This document shows, in pieces, positions 10,143-20,932 of a stretch of DNA of 64,000 bases. The notes under the pieces were generated by a model. The model did no database searches, had not been told where the DNA came from, and saw nothing but the letters and a program-made list of their open reading frames with translations. This stretch comes from an uncultured delta proteobacterium (GTDB taxonomy: Bacteria > Desulfobacterota > Syntrophia > Syntrophales > UBA5619), in assembly GCA_963817385.1 (NCBI GenBank), contig CAWFOM010000031.1, positions 128,001 to 192,000 on the forward strand. The letters are read 5' to 3'. Numbering within the stretch: position 1 is the first letter of the stretch; the number at the start of each line of letters is the position of its first letter. The position numbers and the translations under genes were made by a program.

Positions 10143-10248
10143 GAGCGCATTCCCTGCGGCTTGCCGCGGGGTAAGCGAGCATAAACAAAATGGTTAGTTC
10201 CTCTTCAGGATCGAAAACTCCCCGCAGCTTGCTGCGGAGAGCTTCAAT
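10143..10248. mobile_element. Non-autonomous palindromic element (IS200/IS605-end-like, PATE/MITE)
   Basis: Two subterminal hairpins CCCTGCGGCTTGCCGCGGGG and CTCCCCGCAGCTTGCTGCGGAGAG about 45 bp apart, ending CTTCAA; no ORF. Confidence 0.6.
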
Positions 10249-10286
10249 CGCTTTCCACATCGCTCTGCGCATCTGCGGCTGCACGG

Positions 10287-11873
10287 CTAACGGACCTTTT
10301 TCTCCGCTTCCGGCCAGTATCGGTCCCGCAGTTTCTTCTTCTCGATCTTCCCTGAACCGGTCTTGGGCAGTGCAGGAATAAAATCTATTGATTTCGGTGA
10401 CTTATATCTCGCTATCCGCTCTTTGCAGAAGGCGATCAGTTCCTCCTCCGTTGCCCCGCACGCCGGTTTCAGGACCACGATCCCCTTGACCGCTTCCCCC
10501 CATTTCTCGTCGGGAACCCCGACGACGGCGCACTCCAGGACGGCCGGGTGGAGGTAGAGGACATTTTCCACCTCGGTGGAGTAGACATTTTCCCCGCCGG
10601 TCACGATCATATCCTTCCGCCTATCCACGATCGTCACGTACCTCTCTTCATCCATGACCGCCATGTCACCCGTGTAGAGCCAGCCGTTTCTTATCGCCCG
10701 CGCCGTCTCCTCCGGCAGTTGCCAGTACCCGGGCGTCACGGTATCGCCCCGGACGATGATCTCCCCGACCTCCTTTTCATCCCTCCTGATCTCCCGGCCG
10801 TCGTCAGCCACCACCTTCAGCTCCACGGCAATGAACTCCCGGCCCGTCTTGGACTTGAAGCGCAGTTGTTCCTCGGGGGATCTCTGCAGCAGATGCTCCT
10901 TCAGGAGGGAAAGGGTCAGGTAGGGGCTGGTCTCGGTCATCCCGTAGGTCTGTATGTAGTCGCATCCGAACGTCTCCACGATCCGGCGGACCACCTCCGG
11001 GGCGATGGGCGCACCGCCGCTCAAGAGCACCCGCAGGGAACGGTAATCGAAGTCCTTGACCCCGGGATGATTCACCAGCATGTTGAGCATGGTGGGAATC
11101 ATGTTGGTAAGCGTGACTTTCTCCTTCTCCATGGCGGCCAGGACCGCCGGCGGATCGAACTCGCCGGCCAGCACGTGCGTGCCGCCGACCCAGGTGACGG
11201 CCCAGGTCGCCCAGGCATCCGCCAGGTGGAACAGGGGCGCGGCGTGGAGCCAGACGTCCCGGTCGGTGAGGTGCAACTCCGCGATTGTTCCCAGGGCGTG
11301 GACCGCGACGTTCTTGTGCGTCAGCATCACCCCTTTGGGGCGGCCGGTGGTGCCGCTGGTATAGTAGATCTGTGCGATGTCTTCCTCCGCGACGTCGGCG
11401 TCGGGAATCTGTGCCGGCGGCGTCCCCGCCATGATTTCTTCATAGCGCAGGTCCCGATCCCCATCCGGCCGTTTGCCTGGTTTATCGCCGGTCCAGACGA
11501 TCTTTTCCACGGCCGGAAGATCGGCGCGCATCCGGTCGACCGTTTCCCGGAAACGGGGATCGGCGATCAGAACCCTGGCGCCGGCGTCGTTCATGATCAG
11601 GGCGAGCTCACCGGCGGAGAGGCGGTAATTGAGGGGAACAGCCGCCGCTCCCCTCAGGGCGATGGCGTAATACGCCTCCAAAAAGTAATGACAATTCGGG
11701 TGCAGGATGGCGACCCGGTCGCCCTTTTCAATGCCCGCATTCTGCAGGTACCGGGAGAAGCGGCTCAGGCGTCCGGTGAATTCCTCATAGGTCCACCGCC
11801 TGCCGCCGCAGACGATAGCCTCCTTGCGGGGGAAGAACTGGTGAGCTTTTCTCAGGGTGTCGGCCAGAAGCAT
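10287..11873 (-). CDS. Long-chain-fatty-acid--CoA ligase (AMP-binding enzyme)
   Basis: YTSGTTGRPKG, YGMTET, GWLYTGD, RRKDMIVTGGENV, LPKTGSGKI. Confidence 0.93.
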   Translation of the reverse strand: MLLADTLRKAHQFFPRKEAIVCGGRRWTYEEFTGRLSRFSRYLQNAGIEKGDRVAILHPNCHYFLEAYYAIALRGAAAVPLNYRLSAGELALIMNDAGARVLIADPRFRETVDRMRADLPAVEKIVWTGDKPGKRPDGDRDLRYEEIMAGTPPAQIPDADVAEEDIAQIYYTSGTTGRPKGVMLTHKNVAVHALGTIAELHLTDRDVWLHAAPLFHLADAWATWAVTWVGGTHVLAGEFDPPAVLAAMEKEKVTLTNMIPTMLNMLVNHPGVKDFDYRSLRVLLSGGAPIAPEVVRRIVETFGCDYIQTYGMTETSPYLTLSLLKEHLLQRSPEEQLRFKSKTGREFIAVELKVVADDGREIRRDEKEVGEIIVRGDTVTPGYWQLPEETARAIRNGWLYTGDMAVMDEERYVTIVDRRKDMIVTGGENVYSTEVENVLYLHPAVLECAVVGVPDEKWGEAVKGIVVLKPACGATEEELIAFCKERIARYKSPKSIDFIPALPKTGSGKIEKKKLRDRYWPEAEKKVR

Positions 11874-12520
11874 CTCGTTACCTCACAATGGGGGGTGGAA
11901 ATCCGGTCTCTCCGGGCAGTACGGCGACCGTGCAATCCGCTATCCGCCTACGTTACCGCACGGGCGCCCACACCGGGAACTTCTTGGTCGCCACCATACC
12001 ATAATCGGGGGGGGAGATGCCTGAAAATCTTGCATCGCCCCCCGGCTACCTCTTGTCAGGCCACGCATACCTTCCTTCCCATCCGGCAATCCCCGATGAA
12101 ACCCATACATTCCCCGCTGCGGCCTACCTTGCCAACGCACAGCCCGGCGACTTGATCCTGGTCAAATCACGCGGGCCCAGAGGCAGCCTATGGGCCGTCG
12201 TTTTAATCGGATCCCGAAAGTCCTTCAGCGCGGCCCGGGAAAAAAGATGTTGACTTTCCCCCGAGACAATGGATATAGGCTGAACCAATCCATTTTTTTC
12301 AATCTGTTTTGACCGACGGGCTTCTCATAAAGTCTGTTTTTGTTTCTGTATTATTATATTTCTGCACAATCGGTCATCCAGTCAGTGAAAGTTTTTGCGA
12401 GCTCCCACCGGAGTGTTACATCGTCCCCGGTGGAGTTTTGGCTTGTGAAACCGTTTTCAAGGGCATCGTTCTTTGTTACCCCCGATTAGGACACTCTGAC
12501 GAATGAAGGAGGGATGAATT

Positions 12521-13708
12521 ATGGGAAAGAAGATTTGGGTGCTGTTGCTTGTCGCTTTATGGATGCCTGCCCTGAGCCAGGCCGCCTCCGTCGCCGGCGT
12601 CACCGATACGGAGGTGACCATCGGGATCACCAACCCCCTCTCCGGCCCGGCGGCGCTCTGGGGGACAACCGGCGTGGCGGCCAAGGCCTGGGCCGACTAC
12701 ATCAACGACAAGGGCGGGATTCACGGCCGCAAGATCAATGTCATCCTTCGGGATGACGGTTACAATCCATCCCGCGCCCTTGCCAACCTTACGGAAATGA
12801 AGGGCAACGTATTTGCCGTCGCGGCCCTCCTGGGGACGGCGATTGTCAACACCACGAAGGATTTTTTCGCCGAAAACAAGGTTCCCCTGATTACGGCCTA
12901 CGGCGATGTCCGGATCTTTGAAAAGTATCCGAAGGACAAACTGCGCTGGGTTTTCGTCTCCTACCCGGACTACCTGGACGAGGCGGAATACTTGACCGAT
13001 TACGCCATTAAAAACCTGGGCGCCAAGAAGATCTCCTTATTCTATCAGAATGATGATTATGGGAAAATGGGTGTCGAAGGGGCGAAACTGGCCCTTTCCA
13101 AACTGCCCGGCCGCGCCTCCCTGGGCGTAACCATTCCCTACGATGTGACCGAAAGGGCCCTGGCGACCCACGCCCAGAAATTGAAAGAGGGGGGGGCCGA
13201 CATCCTATTGCTTTATGCCACCCCCACCCACGGCCCCCTTATTCTCAAAGAGATGGCCAAGCTGGATTACCGGCCCAAGGTGCTCACTTCGTTCCCCCTC
13301 GGGGATCCTATCATGTACAAAATCGCCGGCGCCGATGTCTGGGAGGGGGTCTACCCCGCCGCCCCGGCTAATTCCGGTCTCCCCGGCGACCCGGCAGCGG
13401 ATAAAGTGGTCGAGATCCTCAAGAAGTATGACCCCAAGATTGTCGGCAAGGAGTACCTGGCCCTCTTCGGCGCCGTTTCTATGATGTATGTCGTTGAGGG
13501 GCTGAAGAACGCCGGCCGGAACCTCACGCCGGAAACGATGATCAAAGGGATGGAGATGATCAAGAACTGGAAGCCCGAGGGGCTCGGGGCGCCCGTCACC
13601 TTTGGCCCTGACCGGAGGCACGGGGTGAACGGCTCCCGGCTTACCCACGCGGAAAATGGAAAACATGTCCCCATAAGCGATTATGTCATCTACAAGCCGC
13701 TCTTCTAA
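12521..13708 (+). CDS. Liv-type ABC transporter substrate-binding protein
   Basis: Signal peptide, PLSGPAA, INDKGGIHGRKI, DDGYNP, YQNDDYG. Confidence 0.9.
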   Translation: MGKKIWVLLLVALWMPALSQAASVAGVTDTEVTIGITNPLSGPAALWGTTGVAAKAWADYINDKGGIHGRKINVILRDDGYNPSRALANLTEMKGNVFAVAALLGTAIVNTTKDFFAENKVPLITAYGDVRIFEKYPKDKLRWVFVSYPDYLDEAEYLTDYAIKNLGAKKISLFYQNDDYGKMGVEGAKLALSKLPGRASLGVTIPYDVTERALATHAQKLKEGGADILLLYATPTHGPLILKEMAKLDYRPKVLTSFPLGDPIMYKIAGADVWEGVYPAAPANSGLPGDPAADKVVEILKKYDPKIVGKEYLALFGAVSMMYVVEGLKNAGRNLTPETMIKGMEMIKNWKPEGLGAPVTFGPDRRHGVNGSRLTHAENGKHVPISDYVIYKPLF

Positions 13709-13712
13709 GCTT

Positions 13713-14465
13713 ATGGGCCTGCTGGAAATAAAAAACCTCTCCATCGATTTTGGCGGAATACGGGCCTTGGCCGGCATCGATCTTGCCGTCCGCGACAACG
13801 AGATCCTCTCGATCATCGGCCCGAATGGTTCCGGCAAGACCACCCTGTTCAACTGTCTCACGGGAATATACCACCCCGACCAGGGCGACATTGTCTACCG
13901 GGGGGAGAGCCTCCTCAGGCTCTCCCCCGACGCCATCGCGATCCGCGGCATCGCCCGGACTTTCCAGAATCTCCGTCTCTTCATGAACATGAACGTGCTG
14001 GATAACCTCATGCTGGGGCGTCACGTCCACATGAAGAAGAACATCTTTGCCGCCTTTCTCAGGCTCCGCGGGGAGGAGCTTCGCCACCGGGAACGGGTGG
14101 AGGAGATTATCGATTTTCTGGATTTACAGGCTTACCGCAAGTCGCGGGTCGCCGATTGCCCCTACGGCGTCCAGAAAAGGATTGAACTGGGAAGGGCTCT
14201 GGCCCTGGAGCCCAAGCTCCTGCTGTTGGATGAACCCATCTCGGGATTAACCTCCGAGGAAAAGGAAGAGGCGGCGTACCGGATCACGGAGATCCGGGGC
14301 CGCTTCAAGATCACCATCATCCTGGTGGAACACGACCTGAAGATCGCCTCCCGTCTGGCCGATTCGATGGCGGCCTTCAACTACGGCCAGAAGATCGCCC
14401 AGGGAACGCCGGAGGAGGTCCAGCGCAATCCGGAAGTTATCCGCGCCTACGTGGGAGAAGAATGA
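13713..14465 (+). CDS. ABC transporter ATP-binding protein (LivG-like)
   Basis: GPNGSGKTT, ARTFQN, LLLDEP, VEHD, VIRAY. Confidence 0.9.
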   Translation: MGLLEIKNLSIDFGGIRALAGIDLAVRDNEILSIIGPNGSGKTTLFNCLTGIYHPDQGDIVYRGESLLRLSPDAIAIRGIARTFQNLRLFMNMNVLDNLMLGRHVHMKKNIFAAFLRLRGEELRHRERVEEIIDFLDLQAYRKSRVADCPYGVQKRIELGRALALEPKLLLLDEPISGLTSEEKEEAAYRITEIRGRFKITIILVEHDLKIASRLADSMAAFNYGQKIAQGTPEEVQRNPEVIRAYVGEE

Positions 14466-15238
14466 CATCATTTCTGAAGATCGCCAATATTGAAACACTC
14501 TACTTTGATCGCATCTACGCCCTTCATGGACTCTCTCTGGAAATAAAGGAAGGGGAAATATTCGCCATCCTGGGCCCCAACGGGGCAGGGAAGACCACCC
14601 TGCTGAGAACCATTGCCGGACTCCTGAAGGATCAGCCGAAAAAAGGGACGATCGAGTTCAACGGTCGCCACATCCAGCGCCTTTCGCCGGAGAAGATCTC
14701 TTCTTTGGGTATCGTTTATGTGCCGGAGGATCGGGGCCTTTTCCGGGAACTGACGGTGAGGGAAAACCTGGAACTGGGCTGCTGGGGCAGAAGCGATCGA
14801 GGGATTGAAGCGGACATGAACTATGTCCTGGATCTCTTTCCCATCCTGAAAGAGAGGCGGAACCAGCAGGCCGAGACCCTCTCGGGGGGCGAGCAGCAGA
14901 TGCTGGCCATTTCCCGGGCCTTCCTTCGCAAGCCGAAGCTCCTCATGCTGGACGAACCTTCCCTGGGGCTCGCCCCGCTGATTGCCCGCAACGTCTGTGA
15001 CGCCCTGGTCAAGATCAGCAGGCTGGGAACGACGATCCTGCTGGTGGAGCAAAATGCGAAGCTGGCGCTCCGGATTGCCCATTACGGCTACATCCTGGAG
15101 GCCGGGCGGATCGTCTTGAAGGGAACCTCGCAGGAATTGATGGAAAATCCCGATGTGCAGGAACTTTACCTCGGCCTGGGGGGAGAGACCGCATCTCCCA
15201 AAGGCTGGCGACTGTACAAGAAACGAAGGAGCTGGTAA
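14462..15238 (+). CDS. ABC transporter ATP-binding protein (LivF-like)
   Basis: GPNGAGKTT, LSGGEQQML, DEPSLGLAP, VEQNA. Confidence 0.92.
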   Translation: MTSFLKIANIETLYFDRIYALHGLSLEIKEGEIFAILGPNGAGKTTLLRTIAGLLKDQPKKGTIEFNGRHIQRLSPEKISSLGIVYVPEDRGLFRELTVRENLELGCWGRSDRGIEADMNYVLDLFPILKERRNQQAETLSGGEQQMLAISRAFLRKPKLLMLDEPSLGLAPLIARNVCDALVKISRLGTTILLVEQNAKLALRIAHYGYILEAGRIVLKGTSQELMENPDVQELYLGLGGETASPKGWRLYKKRRSW

Positions 15239-17040
15239 TGCGAGCGGTAAACTTCCCCACGCTTTTCTTTGAGCAGGCGGAGCGCCACAAGGATCGCGTC
15301 GCCTTGCGGCATAAGGATTTCGGCATCTGGCACCGCATCTCCTGGCGGGAATATGCCGCTGGGGTTCGCGAGGTGGCGGCAGGCCTGATATCCTTGGGCG
15401 TCGGCCACGGCGACCGCGTCGCCATCCTGGGAGAGAACCGTCCTGAATGGCTGATCTGCGACCTGGCGGTGATGACCATCGGCGGTGTGACCTGCGGCAT
15501 CTACACTACCTCGGCGCCGGAAGAGGTGGCCTATATCGTGGGCCATTCCGAGTCGAAGGTCATCTTCATCGAAAACGAGGAGCAGGTCGACAAGATCCTC
15601 CAGATCCTGCCGGAAGTAAACCTAAGGAAGGTCATCGTCTGGGACAATAAGGGTCTGTGGGGATTTTCGCAGGAGAAGATCGCCTTTTATGAGGACTTTC
15701 TTAAAGATTCCAGGGAGTACCTGAAGAATAACCCGCGCTGTGTGGAAGAACGGCTTGGCTCGGTCCGGTCGGATGACACGGCGATGATCATCTATACCTC
15801 CGGCACCACCGGCCGTCCCAAAGGGGCCATGATCTCTCACCGCAATATCATCATGCTGACGGAATCCTTTGTGCAGGCAAACCCGTCCTACGAAACGGAC
15901 GAGGTGGTCTCCTATCTGCCGCTGTCCCATATCTATGAAAACCTGATCTCCCTTTTCCAGTCCATCTGGTCAGGGGGCAAGGTTAACTTCGTGGAAGGAC
16001 CGGACACGTTGCCCCAGAACCTCCGGGAGGTTTCCCCCACCATCTTTGCCAGCGTACCCCGGTTGTGGGAGAAGTTCGCCTCCGCGATTGAAATCCGCAT
16101 GTCCGACGCCCCTCCGGTCAAGAGGGCTCTCTACCGTCTCAGCATCCGGGTGGGGGTAACGTATATCAGGACGAAAGAAAAAACCCGAGCGCGCCTCTTG
16201 TGGGGGCTCCTTTACTGGCCCTGCTATTTCGCCGTTCTTTACCACCTGAAGAGGCAGATGGGGTTCGAACGGATCCGCTGGGCCATATGCGGCGCCGCCC
16301 CGGCCGCCCCGGAATTGTTCGAGTTTTACAATGCGCTGGGGGTCCCGCTGCGGGAGGGTTACGGCCAGACCGAATCGACCGGCGTCATCGCAGTACAACG
16401 CCTCGATCGCCCCCGCTGGGGATACGTGGGTGAACCGATCCCCAACGTGGAGGTAAAAATCGCGGAAGACGGGGAAATCCTGGCGCGCGGCCCGGGCGTG
16501 TTTCAAGGTTACTTCAAGGAGCCGGAGTTGACCGCGGAGACCATCCGGGACGGATGGCTCTACACGGGTGATGTGGGGGCCATGGAAGATGGATTCCTCA
16601 AGATCCTGGACCGGAAGAAGGATATCATCATCACCGCCGGAGGAAAGAATATTACCCCCGCCTTCATCGAGAACAAACTGAAGTTCAGCCCCTATGTCCA
16701 GGATGCCGTGGTGATCGGTGAGCGGAGAAAATACCTGGTGGCCCTGATCCTGATCGATGAAGACAATGTCACCAAGTATGCCCAGGATCACCGGATACCC
16801 TTTACCACGTTTGAGGATTTGACAACCAGGGCAGAGATAAAAAAGCTGATCGATCAGGAGGTCTTCAAGGTCAACAAAACGTTGGCGCAGGTGGAGACGA
16901 TCAAGAAGGTGGCCCTCCTTCCCAGGCGTTTTTATGAAGAGGACGGCGACGTCACCCCGACGAAGAAGGTCAAGCGACGTTTTGTGGAAAAACGTTATGC
17001 GGAGCTGATCGAATCCCTTTACAAAGAGCCAACAGATTAA
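15238..17040 (+). CDS. AMP-dependent long-chain acyl-CoA synthetase embedded in the ABC operon
   Basis: YTSGTTGRPKG, YLPLSHI, EGYGQTE, DRKKDIIITAGGKNI. Confidence 0.9.
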   Translation: MRAVNFPTLFFEQAERHKDRVALRHKDFGIWHRISWREYAAGVREVAAGLISLGVGHGDRVAILGENRPEWLICDLAVMTIGGVTCGIYTTSAPEEVAYIVGHSESKVIFIENEEQVDKILQILPEVNLRKVIVWDNKGLWGFSQEKIAFYEDFLKDSREYLKNNPRCVEERLGSVRSDDTAMIIYTSGTTGRPKGAMISHRNIIMLTESFVQANPSYETDEVVSYLPLSHIYENLISLFQSIWSGGKVNFVEGPDTLPQNLREVSPTIFASVPRLWEKFASAIEIRMSDAPPVKRALYRLSIRVGVTYIRTKEKTRARLLWGLLYWPCYFAVLYHLKRQMGFERIRWAICGAAPAAPELFEFYNALGVPLREGYGQTESTGVIAVQRLDRPRWGYVGEPIPNVEVKIAEDGEILARGPGVFQGYFKEPELTAETIRDGWLYTGDVGAMEDGFLKILDRKKDIIITAGGKNITPAFIENKLKFSPYVQDAVVIGERRKYLVALILIDEDNVTKYAQDHRIPFTTFEDLTTRAEIKKLIDQEVFKVNKTLAQVETIKKVALLPRRFYEEDGDVTPTKKVKRRFVEKRYAELIESLYKEPTD

Positions 17041-17056
17041 CCGAGGTGTATGCTTC

Positions 17057-18038
17057 ATGGATCTTACTGAAAGTTACCGCGAGGAACTGCGCCTGATTCG
17101 GAAACCATGGACCGGCACGGGAATCGGCCTGATCGTCCTTGCGCTCCTGGTCATTCCCTGGTTGAAAATGGACTACCTGGTCTATATGGCGACTGTCGTT
17201 TTCATCTATGCCATCGGCGTCCAGGGTCAGAACATCCTCATCGGCTATACGGGGCAGATCTCCTTCGGGCAGGCGGGTTTCCTCGCCATCGGCGCCTATA
17301 CCTTCGGCCATGCCTCCGCCTTGGGCATTCCGCTGCCGCTGGGTCTGCTCGCAGCCGGCATGATGGCCGGCATCTTCGGACTGATCGTGGGATTCCCTTC
17401 GCTGCGGCTGAAGGGACCCTATCTGGCGATTGCCACCATGGGCTTCGGCATTGCCGTCTATCAGATATTGCTTAATTCCGAGGTTATTTCCGGCGGCCGA
17501 ATGGGACTTACGGTTAAAAAACTACCCGCCCTTTTCGGCCTGACCCAGCAGGTGACCTTCTACTACTTTACACTAGCTGCTGGCGCTGATTTTTACGCTG
17601 ATTTCCTACAACACGATCTCCTCTTATGCTGGACGGGCCTTCATCGCGATTCGAGACAACGACATCGCCGCCGAGGCCATGGGGGTAAACCTGGCCCGTT
17701 ACAAACTCCTTTCCTTCGGCATGAGTTCCTTTTACATGGGTCTGCAGGGGGCGCTTTACGCCCTGCTGATCGGCTTTCTGGAGCCGAATCTCTTCACCTT
17801 CATGGAGTCGGTCACCATCTTTGTGGCGGTTATCATCGGAGGGCTGGCCTCCATCGGGGGCTCCATCATGGGGGCCGCCTTTGTCATCCTGGTGCCGCAG
17901 GTGTTCGGGGGGATGAAAGAACTGGTCCCGGTCATCTTCGGGGTCACCATCCTGGTGATCCTGATCTTTGAACCCCACGGCATTGCCGGCCGCTGGCTGA
18001 AGATACGCCTTTATTTCCGCAACTGGCCCTTCCGCTGA
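17057..18038 (+). CDS. ABC transporter permease (LivM-like); frameshift near 17576
   Basis: GYTGQISFGQAGF and LRLKGPYLAIAT in ORF 17057; next frame gives GRAFIAIRDNDIAAEAMGVNL...FEPHGIAG. Confidence 0.87.
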
Positions 18039-18086
18039 CGGGAGAAGAAACAGCGCTTTGTCACTTATGAAAAAAGGGAGACAAGA

Positions 18087-18968
18087 ATGCGACAATTCAT
18101 GCAGTACGTTATTTCCGGGCTGGCCACGGGAAGCATCTATGCCCTGGTGGCCCTGGGGCTGGCCCTGATCTACCGCTCTACCCGGATACTCAACTTCGCC
18201 CATGGGGATATGGCCACGGCGGGCACCTTCGTCGCATTTACTCTCCTGGGGATGAATCTGGCGCCGATGATCTCCTTTCCGCTGGCGATCCTTTCCGGTT
18301 CTGCCCTGGCCATGCTCTTCTATTTCGCCATCCTGGTGCCGGCCCAAAGGAGGAATGCCACCCCCCTCGGCCAGATCATCCTCACCGTGGGGCTGGGCCT
18401 TATCCTCCAGGGGCTCATATCCTACCTCTGGGGAACCGATACGAAAATCCTGACCTTTCCGCTGTCGGACTCGAAGCTATGGAGATTCCAGGGGCTGGTG
18501 ATCAGTGAGTTAGGCCTCGGGACCTTTGTTATAGGATTATTGGGTAGCGGACTTCTTTACCTGCTGGTGCAGAAAACCCGCCTGGGCATTGCCATGCGGG
18601 CCGCCTCTGAAAACCTCCCGGCAGCCCAGACCTTGGGCATACCGACCCGCATGATCCTTTCCCTCTCTTGGGGATTGGCCGCCGGCCTGAGCGTCCTGGC
18701 GGGGCTGTTTCTGGCGCCGGCGCTGCTGCTCGACCCTTTTTTCATGCTGGAGCCGTTCCTGAAAGGCTTCTCCGCGGCGATCCTGGGCGGTTTGCAGAGC
18801 CTGCCCGGGGCGATCCTGGGCGGACTCATTCTGGGTATTGCGGAAAGCCTGGCCGGAGGGTATATCTCGATCGCCTTTAAAAATACCCTGGCTTTTCTGA
18901 TCATCATCGTGATTCTGCTTGTTCGGCACGAAGGCCTTCTGGGGAAGGAGTTCAAAGAGCGGGTATAA
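18087..18968 (+). CDS. ABC transporter permease (LivH-like)
   Basis: GLATGSIYALVALG, NFAHG, TRLGIAMRA, AAILGG. Confidence 0.9.
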   Translation: MRQFMQYVISGLATGSIYALVALGLALIYRSTRILNFAHGDMATAGTFVAFTLLGMNLAPMISFPLAILSGSALAMLFYFAILVPAQRRNATPLGQIILTVGLGLILQGLISYLWGTDTKILTFPLSDSKLWRFQGLVISELGLGTFVIGLLGSGLLYLLVQKTRLGIAMRAASENLPAAQTLGIPTRMILSLSWGLAAGLSVLAGLFLAPALLLDPFFMLEPFLKGFSAAILGGLQSLPGAILGGLILGIAESLAGGYISIAFKNTLAFLIIIVILLVRHEGLLGKEFKERV

Positions 18969-18979
18969 AGAGTCGAAAC

Positions 18980-20119
18980 ATGTACGAAGAATATTTTACC
19001 GAGGAACATCAGATCTTCCGGGCCTCGGTCCGGAAATTCGTCGAAAAGGAGATCAGCCCCCACATCGACCGCTGGGAGGACGAGGAACTCTTTCCCGTGG
19101 AGCTCTATCGACGGTGCGCAACGGAGGGGTTCCTCGGCATCGGCTACCCCGAGGCCTACGGCGGCACCCCCTGCGACCGGTTCATGTCGATCGTCTATAC
19201 CGAGGAGATGATCCGTTCCGGTTCCGTCGGGCTGGTCGCCGGCCTCGGCAGCCTCAACATCGCCATGCCGCCGGTCCTCCACCTGGGGACGGAGGAGCAG
19301 AAGCGCCGTTTTCTCGTCCCGGTGCTGAAAGGAGAGAAGATCTCGGCGCTCGGGATCACCGAGCCGAACGCCGGATCCGACGTGGCTAACATCCGGACCA
19401 GGGCCCTCCGCGACGGGGACCACTACGTCGTCAACGGCGCCAAGACCTTCATCACCAGCGGCTGCCGGGCGAACTTCATCACCACGGCCGTCAGGACCGG
19501 CGAGGCGGGATACAAAGGGGTCAGCCTGCTGATGATCGACAGCGCAACCCCCGGTTTTTCCGTCGCGAAGAAGATCCGCAAGATGGGGTGGAACGCCTCG
19601 GACACGGCGGAGCTTTCCTTCGTCGACTGCCGGGTCCCCGCGGAGAATCTCCTCGGCGGCGAAGGCCAGGGGTTTTCCGGCATCATGGCCAATTTTCAGG
19701 ACGAACGGCTCGCCCTGGCCGTCATGGCCCACGCCGTGGCCGCCCTCGCCTTGGAGGAGTCGATCAAATACGCAAAAAGCCGGGAGGCCTTCGGGAGGCC
19801 CCTCTCCGGCTTCCAGGTGACCCGCCACAAGCTCGTCGATATGGCGACGCTCGTGGAGGTCGCTCGGGAGTTCAACTACCGGATCGCCGCCCGGATGGAG
19901 GCGGGAAAGGATGCCGTGAAGGAGGTCTCGATGGCGAAAAACTTCGCCTGCCAGACCTGCGACAAGGTGGTGTACGACGCCGTCCAACTCCACGGCGGCT
20001 ACGGCTATGCCCGGGAGTATCTCGTCGAGCGGCTCTACCGCGACTCGCGGATCCTGAGCATCGGCGGCGGCACGACGGAAATCATGAAGGAGATCATCAG
20101 CAAGGTTACGCAGCTCTGA
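18980..20119 (+). CDS. Acyl-CoA dehydrogenase
   Basis: ITEPNAGSD, NGAKTFITSG, QLHGGYGY, IGGGTTEIMK. Confidence 0.93.
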   Translation: MYEEYFTEEHQIFRASVRKFVEKEISPHIDRWEDEELFPVELYRRCATEGFLGIGYPEAYGGTPCDRFMSIVYTEEMIRSGSVGLVAGLGSLNIAMPPVLHLGTEEQKRRFLVPVLKGEKISALGITEPNAGSDVANIRTRALRDGDHYVVNGAKTFITSGCRANFITTAVRTGEAGYKGVSLLMIDSATPGFSVAKKIRKMGWNASDTAELSFVDCRVPAENLLGGEGQGFSGIMANFQDERLALAVMAHAVAALALEESIKYAKSREAFGRPLSGFQVTRHKLVDMATLVEVAREFNYRIAARMEAGKDAVKEVSMAKNFACQTCDKVVYDAVQLHGGYGYAREYLVERLYRDSRILSIGGGTTEIMKEIISKVTQL

Positions 20120-20284
20120 TCTCTTTCCCGGGAATGCCGGACACCGACTCGACATTCCTGTCCAGGATAACCATCGCCCATGAAAAAATTATGTTGCTTT
20201 CTCACCAATCATGATAAGGGACAGTCACACTGGACTTTTTATTTACACCCGAGGTAAAATCCCACATGAAAGGAATTAGGATAC

Positions 20285-20908
20285 ATGGCTTCCAATAGCA
20301 CATCTGATATTTCAAGCGGGTTAAAAAGTTCACACCAGGAGAAAGAATCTGATTCGCCAATAGGGCAACCGGCCGAGGCCGGCAGCGATCGCAGCAAGGA
20401 TACTATCGGTGCGGATATGATCGCACCCCCAAACGAAAAGACCCTCGGGACGCTCATTGTCTCAATCGGCCTTGCTCTCTTTGGGATCTTTTGGATGGTG
20501 TGCGCGCATAATATCCCGAACAAGACAGGTTTCGGTTCGCTCGGCCCGGGATTTCTTCCTTTTTGGGCGGGATTGATTATGACCCTCATCGCCGGGGGGC
20601 TGATCGTAGGGACCGTCCGTTCACGAAAGCGCAACGGCACCCGTCCGGCAACAAGCATTCGCTTTTTTGATCAAAATCAGCTTCGCGTCTACGGAGCCAT
20701 GGCCGCATTGCTGCTCTATATTATTTTCCTGTCGCGACTCCATTTTTTTATTAATACCTTTCTCCTTTCCGCAGCCGGTTTGGCTCTGAGCGGAGAACCG
20801 TTGAAACCACGCCTGCTGTTGATAGCTGCACTTATCAGCGGAGTGTTATTCGCGATATTTATCTACTGGCTTGAGATTCCGCTGCCGGGGAGCCGGATAT
20901 TCGGTTAA
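20285..20908 (+). CDS. tctB: Tripartite tricarboxylate transporter small permease TctB (alternative start 20417)
   Basis: Four hydrophobic segments, LGPGFLP, C-terminal LEIPLP; directly upstream of tctA. Confidence 0.8.
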   Translation: MASNSTSDISSGLKSSHQEKESDSPIGQPAEAGSDRSKDTIGADMIAPPNEKTLGTLIVSIGLALFGIFWMVCAHNIPNKTGFGSLGPGFLPFWAGLIMTLIAGGLIVGTVRSRKRNGTRPATSIRFFDQNQLRVYGAMAALLLYIIFLSRLHFFINTFLLSAAGLALSGEPLKPRLLLIAALISGVLFAIFIYWLEIPLPGSRIFG

Positions 20909-20932
20909 TACGCATGAATTAGGAGATCGCAG

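Noticed and set aside
12017..12253. Small ORF containing AQPGDLILVKSRG, reminiscent of a MurF C-terminus
   Set aside because: Match is too short to call by eye; could be a decayed remnant or chance
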